In this document: one piece after another, positions 37,745 through 46,756 of the stretch
How the letters are laid out: each line of letters opens with the position of its first letter
Numbering within the stretch: position 1 is the stretch's first letter
NCBI GenBank assembly: GCA_963725825.1
Contig: CAVSAI010000029.1
Location: forward strand, 54,185-118,184
DNA: 64,000 nucleotides
Direction of reading: 5' to 3'
From: Candidatus Aminicenantes bacterium
GTDB lineage: Bacteria; Acidobacteriota; Aminicenantia; Aminicenantales; Saccharicenantaceae
Translations under genes and position numbers: made by a program
Notes under the pieces: model-generated
Told to the model about the DNA's origin: nothing
Seen by the model: the letters and a program-made list of their open reading frames with translations, nothing else
The model's database searches: none

Positions 37745-38816
37745 TTACCTCAGCCGGACCACGCGTCCGGCGGCCAGGCTCTCGTGGACGGCGACGGCGA
37801 TGCGCGTCGTTTCGAGCCCGTCCTCACCCGAAGCCCAGATTCCCCTGAGGTCGGCGAGGCGGCCGCCGGCCTTGAGAAAGGCGACGTTCTCCGCGAAATC
37901 CTCGATGCTCTCGACCCCGTAGCCGCGAAGGAGCCGCCGGCCCTGCCGGTCCGTGATTTCGCGTCTGAAGTTGTTGTTATAGGTGGCCATGCCTTCGCCG
38001 CCGATGCAGGAGCGGGTGCCGCGGTCCTGGCTGTCGCACTCGAAGACTGCCCTTCGTGCCGACGATCCGGAGCCCCTGGTTGACGATGGCCTCGAACTCG
38101 TTCGGCAGGATCCAGCTCGTGTCGAACGAAAAGGCCGCCCCGTTCGCGAAATCGACCTTGGCGTTGACGCAGTCGTAGGTGTCGATGCCGTGGTCGCGCA
38201 GGAGGGCGGCTTTCGTTCCGGTCGCATAGACGGTCTTCGCCTCCGACTTGAGGACCCAGCGCACGAGGTCGTAGAAGTGGACGCCCAGGAACCAGGCCGG
38301 GGACGATGCCGCGGCCCAGTGGGGGAACCACTCGGCGGGAACTTCGACGCGGTCCTCCATGTGGACGCTGCCGTAGAGGATGTCGCCGAGGTCGCCGTCC
38401 CCGACCCGCCGTTCGATCGCCCGGTGGTCGGGGTCGTAGCGCTTGTGGAAATCGACCTGGAGCAGGACGCCGGCTTCTCGGGCGGCCCGGACCATGGCCT
38501 CCGCGCCCTCGACGGTCACATCGAGCGGCTTTTCAACCAGGATGTGTTTGCCCGCGGCGGCGGCGTCGACGACGATATCGCGATGAAGATGGTCGGGGGT
38601 GGCCACGCTGACCGCATCGAGCGGCACGCGTTCGAGCATCTCGCGATGACCGGCGTAAACGGGGATCTTATAGCGGGCCCGAAGCGCCTCGGCCCGGGCC
38701 GGACTCGCTTCGGCGATGGCGGCCAGCTCGACGCCTTTGTCGCCGAGCTGGCTGAAGACATCCAGGTGAGTCTGTCCGAACTTTCCAGCCCCCACGACGG
38801 CGATCCTAACGGGCAT
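37745..38816 (-). CDS. Gfo/Idh/MocA-family oxidoreductase with an apparent frameshift near 38030-38045 (possible pseudogene or sequence error)
   Basis: N-terminal MPVRIAVVGAGKFGQ Rossmann motif through GTKGSLRV reads in one frame (38816 to about 38040). The family-typical C-terminal region (FECDSQ...YNNNF...) continues in the +1 frame to a stop at 37745. Confidence 0.6.
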
Positions 38817-40068
38817 GCTCCTGCTCCTTTCGTGCGGCGCCGCACCATCCCGCCAGAAACCTGGCCAGCACTTCGGCGGCCTGGACGATGTCGCCCATGT
38901 CGATCCGTTCGTCGAGGGAATGGGCCTGACCGAGGTCCCCGGCGCCGAAGACGAGGGCCGGCATGCCGCCCCGGTGAAAGAAGAGGCGGGCATCACATGA
39001 CGCGTTCCAGCCCTCGGCGGGATGCGGGCCCAAGACCTCCTCGGCCGCGGCGCGCAAGGCCCTGACGGCCGGGTGCCCGGCCGGGGTCTCGAAAGCCTCG
39101 TTGCGGAGACCGGAGAGATCGAAACGCGCGTGGTCGCGGGCCCAGGGCGTCGCCCGGTCGCGGATCAGGGCCCGGATCTCTTCCTCGATCCGCCGCGCTG
39201 TCCGATTGGGGAGGAACGCCACCCCGCCCTCGACAACGCATTCGCCCGGCACCGTCGAGGGCCAATCGCCCGCCCTGACCCGGCCGATGTTGACGACGAC
39301 CGGGCTCGGGTCGTCCGGGAAGCCCGGAGTTCCCCTCGATGCCTTCCGCAATGTCGATTCGTAGTCCTTGAGAAGAGCGACAAGACCGAGCATTTCGTCG
39401 AACGCGCTGACGCCTTCGCGATAGCGGCCCATGTGGACGGACCGCCCGTCGACCGTGAGCCGGAACCAGGCCGCCCCGCGGTTAGCGGAGCGGGGGACGA
39501 GGCCCGTCGGCTCGAGGACGACGGCGACGTCGGCCTTTCGACCCTCCGTAATAGCGGCGAGCGAGCCGTTCCCTCCCGCCTCCTCCTCGATGACGAATTG
39601 GGCTTCGATGTCGCCGGCAAGCCGAACGCCGAGGTCGCGGAGAGCCGCGAGCGCCAGCAGCAGCGTGACGACCTGCCCCTTGGCGTCGCAGGCCCCCCGG
39701 CCGCGGACGATGTCGTCCTCCGTCGTCGCGGCGAACATCCCGTCCGGGGCGGGAACGACGTCGGTGTGCGTATTGACGATGGCGCTTCGCCCTCCGTCCG
39801 CGCCGGCCAGCGTGACGAGGACATTCGGCCGTCCCCGATAGCTCTCATGGCCCGGGACAGGAGTATAGTCAGGGTCGGCGGTGATAGACTCCGCGACGGG
39901 CGCGAGCCTAGCAGGGAATCCGGAGCTCGAAAGGAGATCGAAAAGGAACTTCTGGACCCCCTCCTCGGCGCCGGTGGTGCTGCGAAACTCGATCAGGCGG
40001 CACAGCACGTCGCGGGCCCAATCCGCATGTCCGCTCAGGAACGGCCTCAACCCGTCTTCGAAGCCCAT
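38806..40068 (-). CDS. M20-family metallohydrolase (ArgE/DapE/ACY1-like deacylase)
   Basis: VNTHTDVV, GACDAKG, EEAGG metal-binding motifs. Overlaps the Gfo start by 11 nt. Confidence 0.8.
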   Translation of the reverse strand: MGFEDGLRPFLSGHADWARDVLCRLIEFRSTTGAEEGVQKFLFDLLSSSGFPARLAPVAESITADPDYTPVPGHESYRGRPNVLVTLAGADGGRSAIVNTHTDVVPAPDGMFAATTEDDIVRGRGACDAKGQVVTLLLALAALRDLGVRLAGDIEAQFVIEEEAGGNGSLAAITEGRKADVAVVLEPTGLVPRSANRGAAWFRLTVDGRSVHMGRYREGVSAFDEMLGLVALLKDYESTLRKASRGTPGFPDDPSPVVVNIGRVRAGDWPSTVPGECVVEGGVAFLPNRTARRIEEEIRALIRDRATPWARDHARFDLSGLRNEAFETPAGHPAVRALRAAAEEVLGPHPAEGWNASCDARLFFHRGGMPALVFGAGDLGQAHSLDERIDMGDIVQAAEVLARFLAGWCGAARKEQEHAR

Positions 40069-40163
40069 CGTCCGGCCGGCTCCTTTCGTCGATGTCGCCG
40101 CCCCTACTCTAGACGGTGGCCCGACGGCTTGTCAACCGGGATGAGGACCGGCGGTGTCCCGCG

Positions 40164-40192
40164 TTGACATCGGCGAGCGGCCGGCGATATAG
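40164..40192 (+). promoter_or_regulatory. Near-consensus sigma70 promoter TTGACA-17-TATAGT for the GH20 gene
   Basis: TTGACA at 40164-40169 and TATAGT at 40187-40192 with a 17-nt spacer. RBS aaaggag lies before the ATG at 40214. Confidence 0.5.
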
Positions 40193-40213
40193 TGCCGCAA
40201 AGGAGTCCTGCGG

Positions 40214-41926
40214 ATGCCCTCAACGATCGTCTCGCGTCTCTGGCCGGTCGTCATCGTCCTGGCCGTCGTCGGATCGGCCACCTGCCGGGAAAAGCCCGCC
40301 TCGGGCGCCGGGATATTGCGGCTGACGGGCTTTCACATCGACATGAACATCGCCCAGTTCCGCGGCCCCTATCTCAAGAGCGAGCTGAAGGCGCTCGCCG
40401 CCAAGGGCTACAACGCGATCCTCTGGGAGGTCGAGAACAACATCCGTTGGGAGACATGCCCCGAGTGCGTCTCTCCGGACGCCTTCACCAAGGCCGAGTT
40501 CAAGGACATCTTGGCCTACAGCCGCTCCCTCGGCCTCGAGCCGATCCCTTTGCTCCAGACGCTCGGCCACTGCGAGTACGTCCTCAAGAACGAACGTTAC
40601 AAGCCGCTGGCCGAGGTCCCGGAGAGGATCGACCAGTACTGCCCGCAGAATCCCGAGGTCGCGGCCTTTCTCACGAAATGGATCGAAGAGTACCTGGACG
40701 TCTTCGGCCCCGTCCGATACTTCCATCTGGGCGCCGACGAGGCCTATACTCTGGGCGAGTGCCCCCGCTGCCGGGCCTATGCCGCCGAGCATTCACTCTC
40801 CGAGCTGTTCATCGACCACATCAACACGATGAGCCGGCCGCTCATCGACCGGGGGATCCGGCCCGCGATCTGGGGCGACATGGTCCTCCACCACCCCGAG
40901 GCCCTCGAAAAGCTGTCGCGCAAGGTCCTGATCTTCGACTGGCTCTATGACCGGTATATCGGTTGCGGCACGGTCGAGGTATGGGGCCGGGGAAGCCTGA
41001 CCAAGGACGAGCTCGACCCGCCGGCCCTGGAGCGGTTCGGCGCCTTCATGTTCCCGCTCGGCGACGAGCCGGGACGCGATCCCGACCCGTTCTACACGTC
41101 GGATTTCCTGGCCGCGAACGGCTTCGACGTCGTCGTCTGCCCGAGCTCGAGCTGCTACGGCGACAGCGTGTTCGCTCCGCGGACTTTCTTCCACATGAGG
41201 AACACGGCCGACTCGTTCCGCAAGGGGTCGGCCGCTCGGCTCAAGGGCGCGGTCCTCACGAGCTGGACCGTCCACCTCTTCCCTTGGGAGCTCCAAGGGC
41301 CATCGATCGATCTGGCGAGTTCCGCGGCCGCGAACACCGGCGTGAGGCTGGAGGACTTTGAAAAAGCCTACGTCAGAGAGCATTTCGATATCGACGACCT
41401 GGGGTTCTTCGTTGCCGCCGGGCGGCTGGCGAGGAGGGGCCTCTTCAACTACGCCGGCGACCTCGGCTTCTTCAAGGACGCCCGCCCGGCGCCCCTGGGA
41501 TACGTCTCGGGACGGATCGAAGAGATGGCCAAGAGCGGGGAGCTGGAACAAGAGCTCGCCGAATGCGAGAGCCGGCTCGGCGAATATCGCCGGGGCCTGG
41601 ATCTTTTCCGGGCGTACGGGAGGCTCGCGAGATCCGGGCACAACGAGCTCGACGCCTGGACGCTTGCCGCCCGGAACCTCATCAACCGGGCCGAGGCCTC
41701 GAAGCTCCTCCTGACCGTCCGGATGGGGCAGGCCGGTCCCGGGGCCCAAGGTGAGGCCGCGCGGGTCCTGACCGAGCTTCGGGCGCTCCGGCGCGAGACG
41801 GAGGCGGCCGTCGCCGCCAAGATCAAGCCTTCGCGGACCGCGGAGATGATGGGCTGGATGTACGACTCCATGGAGGCCGCGCTGTCGCCGCTTGCCGGCC
41901 TTAATTCCGGGGAAAGCCGGAGATAG
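40214..41926 (+). CDS. Glycoside hydrolase family 20 beta-N-acetylhexosaminidase-like lipoprotein
   Basis: Lipobox SATC. GFHIDMNIAQF, and the HLGADEA catalytic motif of GH20. Confidence 0.8.
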   Translation: MPSTIVSRLWPVVIVLAVVGSATCREKPASGAGILRLTGFHIDMNIAQFRGPYLKSELKALAAKGYNAILWEVENNIRWETCPECVSPDAFTKAEFKDILAYSRSLGLEPIPLLQTLGHCEYVLKNERYKPLAEVPERIDQYCPQNPEVAAFLTKWIEEYLDVFGPVRYFHLGADEAYTLGECPRCRAYAAEHSLSELFIDHINTMSRPLIDRGIRPAIWGDMVLHHPEALEKLSRKVLIFDWLYDRYIGCGTVEVWGRGSLTKDELDPPALERFGAFMFPLGDEPGRDPDPFYTSDFLAANGFDVVVCPSSSCYGDSVFAPRTFFHMRNTADSFRKGSAARLKGAVLTSWTVHLFPWELQGPSIDLASSAAANTGVRLEDFEKAYVREHFDIDDLGFFVAAGRLARRGLFNYAGDLGFFKDARPAPLGYVSGRIEEMAKSGELEQELAECESRLGEYRRGLDLFRAYGRLARSGHNELDAWTLAARNLINRAEASKLLLTVRMGQAGPGAQGEAARVLTELRALRRETEAAVAAKIKPSRTAEMMGWMYDSMEAALSPLAGLNSGESRR

Positions 41927-41938
41927 GGGAGAGGGACC

Positions 41939-43057
41939 ATGGAGAAGGAACGGACCGGCCCGGCGACGGGCCGGGTCGCCTCGCTCGACGCCCTTCGCGG
42001 CTTCGACATGTTCTGGATCATCGGCGGCGACGCGATCTGCCGGACCCTGCCCGCGATCACAGACGCGCCCTGGGCGCGTTTCCTGGCCGGCCAGGTCGAG
42101 CACAAGCCCTGGGCCGGCTTCACTTTCTACGATCTCATCTTCCCGCTCTTTCTTTTCATCATCGGGGCCGTCTTCCCGTTCTCGCTGCTCAAGCGGGCCG
42201 AGAAAGGCGAAAGCCGGAAGACGATCTACCTCCATGTCGCGAAAAGGACCTTGCTTCTGATCCTGCTCGGGCTCATCGCGGGAGGGGTCCTGGGATTCGA
42301 TTTCGCGAACATGCGCTGGTCCGGAGTCCTTCAGCGGATCGGGATCTGCTATTTTCTGGTCGCGCTCCTGGTGCTCAACACCAAGGTCAAGACCCAGGTC
42401 GCGGTCTTCGTCGGCGTCCTCCTTCTCTATTGGGCCGCCCTGGCTCTTATCCCTGTCCCGGGACACGGCACCGGGCTGATGACGCCCGAAGGCTCTCTTC
42501 ATAGCTACATCGACCAGAAGGTCCTTCCCGGAAAGATCTCGGAGGAATTCTACGGTCCCGGCGACAGCCTCGGGGCCCTGTCAACCCTGCCCGCGGCCTG
42601 CTCGCTCCTCCTCGGCGTGTTCGCCGGGTATTGGCTGAAATCGAAGAGGAGCGGCCGGTCGAAGACCTTCGGGCTCGCCGTCGCGGGGATCGTCTGCCTG
42701 GCTGTCGGATATGTCTGGGGGCTTGCTTTTCCCATCATCAAGCACATCTGGACGAGCACGTACGTCCTTTGGGGCGGCGGCTGGTCCCTGCTTCTGATGG
42801 CCCTGTTCTATTGGCTCATCGACGTGAAGGGCTGGAGCCGCTGGGCCTTCTTCTTCGTCGTCATCGGGACCAACGCCATCCTCGTCTATTTCGGCCAGCA
42901 GGTCGTCGATTTCGACGCCATCGCCAAGTTCTTCCTGACCGGGGTCGAACGGTACGCGGGGATTCTCGCGCCGCTCGTCATCCCGCTGGGGGCCCTGGCC
43001 CTGAAGTGGGCCGGGCTCCTCTTTCTCCACCGCCGCCGGATCTATTTCAAGGTCTGA
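41939..43057 (+). CDS. Acyltransferase-3/HGSNAT-like (NagX/DUF5009-type) multipass membrane protein
   Basis: SLDALRGFDMFWIIGGD N-terminal motif and about 10 TM helices. Adjacent to the GH20 gene. Confidence 0.6.
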   Translation: MEKERTGPATGRVASLDALRGFDMFWIIGGDAICRTLPAITDAPWARFLAGQVEHKPWAGFTFYDLIFPLFLFIIGAVFPFSLLKRAEKGESRKTIYLHVAKRTLLLILLGLIAGGVLGFDFANMRWSGVLQRIGICYFLVALLVLNTKVKTQVAVFVGVLLLYWAALALIPVPGHGTGLMTPEGSLHSYIDQKVLPGKISEEFYGPGDSLGALSTLPAACSLLLGVFAGYWLKSKRSGRSKTFGLAVAGIVCLAVGYVWGLAFPIIKHIWTSTYVLWGGGWSLLLMALFYWLIDVKGWSRWAFFFVVIGTNAILVYFGQQVVDFDAIAKFFLTGVERYAGILAPLVIPLGALALKWAGLLFLHRRRIYFKV

Positions 43058-43138
43058 CCGGAGCCTTCGGCCTTCTTTATTTTCCGGTCGAAATACGATA
43101 AGATAACTAGGAATTCATCTCAGCAGGAGACGTGCCCC

Positions 43139-44317
43139 ATGAAACCCCGAGATATCGTCCCGGATGTCCAATACGTCGGCGCCGCGGACTTCGACCGCCG
43201 GATCTTCGATTCCCTCATCCCCCTGCCCGACGGCACGAGCTACAACTCGTATCTCATCCGCGGCCGGGAAAAGACGGCCCTCATCGACGCGGTCGAGCCG
43301 GCCAAGCTCCACGTGCTCGAAGCCTATCTGGCGGACGTCCCCAAGATCGACTATGTCATATCCAATCATACCGAGCAGGACCACTCCGGCGGCACCCCCT
43401 GGCTCCTCGCCCGCTATCCCGCGATCGAGGTCCTTTCGTCGGAGCCGGCCAAGCCGATGCTGGTCGATCATCTCGGCGTCGACGCGGCCAGGATCCGTAC
43501 GGTCGCTGACGGCGAACGGCTTGATCTCGGGGGCAAGACGCTCCGCTTCATCTACACGCCTTGGGTCCACTGGCCCGAGACGATGTCGACCTATCTCGAG
43601 GAGGACCGGATCCTCTTCAGCTGCGACTGGTTCGGCTCCCACATCGCCCAGACCGGGCTCTTCGTCGACGGCGTCGAGTGCATCATGGACGAAGCCAAGA
43701 GGTATTACGCCGAGATCATGATGCCCTTCCGGAAGATCATCCAGAAGAACCTCGACAAGATCAAGGACCTCGAGATCGAGCTCATCGCCCCGAGCCACGG
43801 CCCCATCCATCGGGTCCCGCAGTCCATCATCCAGGCCTATCGCGACTGGTCCGACGACCAGCCCCACAACACCGTCGTCATCCCTTGGGTGACCATGCAC
43901 GGCTCGACCGCTCTCATGGTCGATCGCCTTGTCACCGCCCTCGTCGAGCGCGGCATCCGCGTCTTCCCCTTCAACATGGCCTCGGCCGACATCGGCCAGC
44001 TGGCCATGGCTCTCGTCGACGCGGCGACGATCGTCGTGGCCACTCCGACCGTTCACGTTGGGCCGCATCCCGCGGTCTTCTACGCCGTCGTCCTGGCCAA
44101 CGCGTTGCGGCCCAAGGCCCGGTTCGCCTCGGTCATGGGCAGCTACGGCTGGGCCGGGAGGATGGTCGAGACGGTCGCGGCGGCCATGCCCAACCTCAAG
44201 GTCGAGATTTTGCCGCCTGTCATCGTCAAGGGTCTGCCGAAGCCGGCCGATCTCGAGAGGATCGACGCTCTCGCGGACGCGATCGCCGGGAAGCACAGGG
44301 AGCTGGGCCTGATCTAG
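43139..44317 (+). CDS. FprA-family flavodiiron protein (metallo-beta-lactamase plus flavodoxin domains)
   Basis: HTEQDHSGG di-iron motif, then a C-terminal flavodoxin-like domain. Confidence 0.85.
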   Translation: MKPRDIVPDVQYVGAADFDRRIFDSLIPLPDGTSYNSYLIRGREKTALIDAVEPAKLHVLEAYLADVPKIDYVISNHTEQDHSGGTPWLLARYPAIEVLSSEPAKPMLVDHLGVDAARIRTVADGERLDLGGKTLRFIYTPWVHWPETMSTYLEEDRILFSCDWFGSHIAQTGLFVDGVECIMDEAKRYYAEIMMPFRKIIQKNLDKIKDLEIELIAPSHGPIHRVPQSIIQAYRDWSDDQPHNTVVIPWVTMHGSTALMVDRLVTALVERGIRVFPFNMASADIGQLAMALVDAATIVVATPTVHVGPHPAVFYAVVLANALRPKARFASVMGSYGWAGRMVETVAAAMPNLKVEILPPVIVKGLPKPADLERIDALADAIAGKHRELGLI

Positions 44318-45375
44318 GACCGGCCGCGCTTAGCCAGAAAATCGACGATCTTGACGCTCCCCGAGGGGAGGGGATACTTCCCGATGTTCTTTGGGGCGAC
44401 CCAGCGGTGTTGCCGTCCGGCCTTGAAGCCCGAGCCGCTGATGCGGCAGCGGTAGGCGTGGAGCGTCGCTTCGAACCGGGTGTAGGCGTGGCGGACGGTC
44501 GTCAAGCTGCGGATGTCCTCGATCTCCGCGCCGAGCTCCTCCCGGATCTCGCGCCGCAGGGCGGCCGCCAGGCCCTCACCAGGCTCGACCTTTCCGCCAG
44601 GAAATTCCCAGAGCCCGGCCAGCAGGCCGCCGGCGGGCCTTTCCTGCAGGAGGACCCGCCCGTTTTTTTCGATGACGGCCACGACCACCTCGATCTTTTT
44701 GACGGCGAGCTTCCTCGGGAGGGGGATCGTCTCCTGCGTTCCCTCCTTTGCGGCCCGGCAGGACCGGCGGACCGGGCAGGCCAGGCACTGGGGGCTCCGG
44801 CTACGGCAGACGAGCGCGCCGAGCTCCATCATCGCCTGGTTGAAATCCCCCGGCGAGGAGGCCGGAAAGACCTTGTCGAGGAAGGCATGGAGCTCCTTGT
44901 CGACGCGCGGCTCCGCCTTTCCGCGGACGCCAAGGAGCCTCATCAGGACGCGGCGGACGTTGGCGTCCACGACGGGCCGCGGCCGGCCATAGGCCAGGCT
45001 CAGGACCGCGGCGGTCGTATAAGGGCCGAACCCGGGCAGGCGCCGCAGGGTCTCTTCGTCGTCGGGAAGGTCCCCGCCGTGTTCGCGGACGACCAGCTTG
45101 GCCGCCTGGTGCAGGTTTCGCGCCCTTTGGTAATAGCCCAGGCCCTGCCATTCCCGCAGGACCTTCCGCAGCGGGGCCCGGGCGAGGCTTCTTATGTCGG
45201 GGAAGACCTCGAGCCAGTGCTCGAAATAGGGGATGACGGCCGGAACGGTCGTCTGCTGGAGCATGATCTCGGAGACCCAGATCTTATAGGGGTCACGGCT
45301 CCGTCGCCAAGGCAGCTGCCGTCGATGGGCCCTGTACCAGACAAGGAGACTGTCGGCGAAGCTATTTCTTGTCAG
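44314..45375 (-). CDS. mutY: A/G-specific adenine glycosylase MutY (HhH-GPD plus C-terminal Nudix domain); apparent CTG start
   Basis: WVSEIMLQQT, 4Fe-4S loop C..C..C, C-terminal MutT-like domain. The N-terminus LTRNSFADSLLVWY aligns residue for residue with E. coli MQASQFSAQVLDWY. AGGAGA SD lies 8 nt upstream of the CTG at 45375, and no ATG/GTG/TTG is available. Confidence 0.8.
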   Translation of the reverse strand: MTRNSFADSLLVWYRAHRRQLPWRRSRDPYKIWVSEIMLQQTTVPAVIPYFEHWLEVFPDIRSLARAPLRKVLREWQGLGYYQRARNLHQAAKLVVREHGGDLPDDEETLRRLPGFGPYTTAAVLSLAYGRPRPVVDANVRRVLMRLLGVRGKAEPRVDKELHAFLDKVFPASSPGDFNQAMMELGALVCRSRSPQCLACPVRRSCRAAKEGTQETIPLPRKLAVKKIEVVVAVIEKNGRVLLQERPAGGLLAGLWEFPGGKVEPGEGLAAALRREIREELGAEIEDIRSLTTVRHAYTRFEATLHAYRCRISGSGFKAGRQHRWVAPKNIGKYPLPSGSVKIVDFLAKRGRS

Positions 45376-46756
45376 CGGGGCCCTCTCCTGTCTTCGGCGG
45401 CGCCGCCCTCCAATCCTTCTTGTCCTTGGGCCACTGCTGCAGGAATCCGGAGTCGACCTGGAAGAGGTAGCCGAGCCCCGGACTCTTGAGCGCGACCAGC
45501 TTCTTCGCCGCATCCTCGCTGCCGACGAGAAGGACGATCTCCTTTTCCTGGCCGACGGCGTCCTTCGTGCCGATCCGGATCTCCGCTCCGGGATCGAGCC
45601 CATAGGCGGCCAATGGTCCAGGCTCGTCGACGAATGCGGCGGCCTCGAGGCCCTCGACCTTGCGGATGAAGTCCTCGACCTTAAGCCGGTCGGCCTCTTC
45701 CCTGACCGGCCCCTCGAGAACCCATCTCTCGGTTTGGCCCGTCTTTTCCTTGACCGCGGCGATCTCGGCGCCGTTTCGCTTCAGGGCGATCCTGTCGGCG
45801 TCCATGGCATAGAAATCGGCGACCCTCTTTTCCCTCATCTCGTCGACCTTGCGATCGAGGTCGGCGAGAACGGTCCCTTCGAAGGTGATGATCTTGGGGG
45901 ATTGGGAGGTCATGGCGTAGGAGTTTTCGCCTTCCTTGTGCAGCGAGAAGACGATCTCCTGGTTCGCGGCCGGGAGGGACAGGGCGACTTCATACTCGGG
46001 TTTGTCGAGGCCGAACTCCTTGAGCGTCGCGGCCGACTTTTCCTCGGCCACGAAGGCCTTGGCCCTGAGCCCGGAGAGGGCATCCAGGAGCGAGTCGACC
46101 AGGCCCTTGGCCGCGAGCGAGCTCACCGGGGTTTTGAGGAGCCACCCCGACCCCTCGCGGACCGCCTGCCAGGCGACGTTCTTGGCCTTGACCCGGATCC
46201 CCATGACGTCCGCTGTCGTGAACTTGAAAACATCCTTCTGACGGAAGTCGAAGATCGTCTTGTCGAGCGCCGCCTTCAGGCTCGATGAGAGAAGAACGAT
46301 CCGCGGGTCGTCCGCTCTCTTGGCGAAGAGGGACTTGTCGAGCGGGTTCTCCATGCCGACGAGGAGGTGCACAGGCGCTTGCTTCCCCTTGACCCATATC
46401 GAGACCTCCGTTTTCGGGATCTCATAGGCCGCGGGGTCCTTGGCCTCCTTCTCGACGACACGCTCGATGCGAAGCGAAGTCAGCGCGCTGACGAGACTTC
46501 CGGCCTCGTACTCATCAGCGGCGGCCTGGATCGGGGCGGTCAGGCGCCATGGCCCGGCCTCGTCCCTCTCGAGGGTCAGGGGCTGGCCGTCGCGGACGAG
46601 ACTCACTTTGACGACATCCCCGGGCGTCAGGCTGATGAGCGTGTTCGAGGTCTCCTCGGCCGCCTTTTTCTTCTCGCCCCGGGACTCGAAATAGGCGACC
46701 AGCGCGACGAGAAGGACCAGGACAGCGAGGAGGACAAAGGTCGTCTTGAATCTCAC
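45362..46756 (-). CDS. DUF4340-family protein (accessory component of GldG-type ABC system)
   Basis: N-terminal TM anchor. Sits in an operon with the GldG-like gene, overlapping it by 4 nt. Confidence 0.55.
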   Translation of the reverse strand: MRFKTTFVLLAVLVLLVALVAYFESRGEKKKAAEETSNTLISLTPGDVVKVSLVRDGQPLTLERDEAGPWRLTAPIQAAADEYEAGSLVSALTSLRIERVVEKEAKDPAAYEIPKTEVSIWVKGKQAPVHLLVGMENPLDKSLFAKRADDPRIVLLSSSLKAALDKTIFDFRQKDVFKFTTADVMGIRVKAKNVAWQAVREGSGWLLKTPVSSLAAKGLVDSLLDALSGLRAKAFVAEEKSAATLKEFGLDKPEYEVALSLPAANQEIVFSLHKEGENSYAMTSQSPKIITFEGTVLADLDRKVDEMREKRVADFYAMDADRIALKRNGAEIAAVKEKTGQTERWVLEGPVREEADRLKVEDFIRKVEGLEAAAFVDEPGPLAAYGLDPGAEIRIGTKDAVGQEKEIVLLVGSEDAAKKLVALKSPGLGYLFQVDSGFLQQWPKDKKDWRAAPPKTGEGPADKK

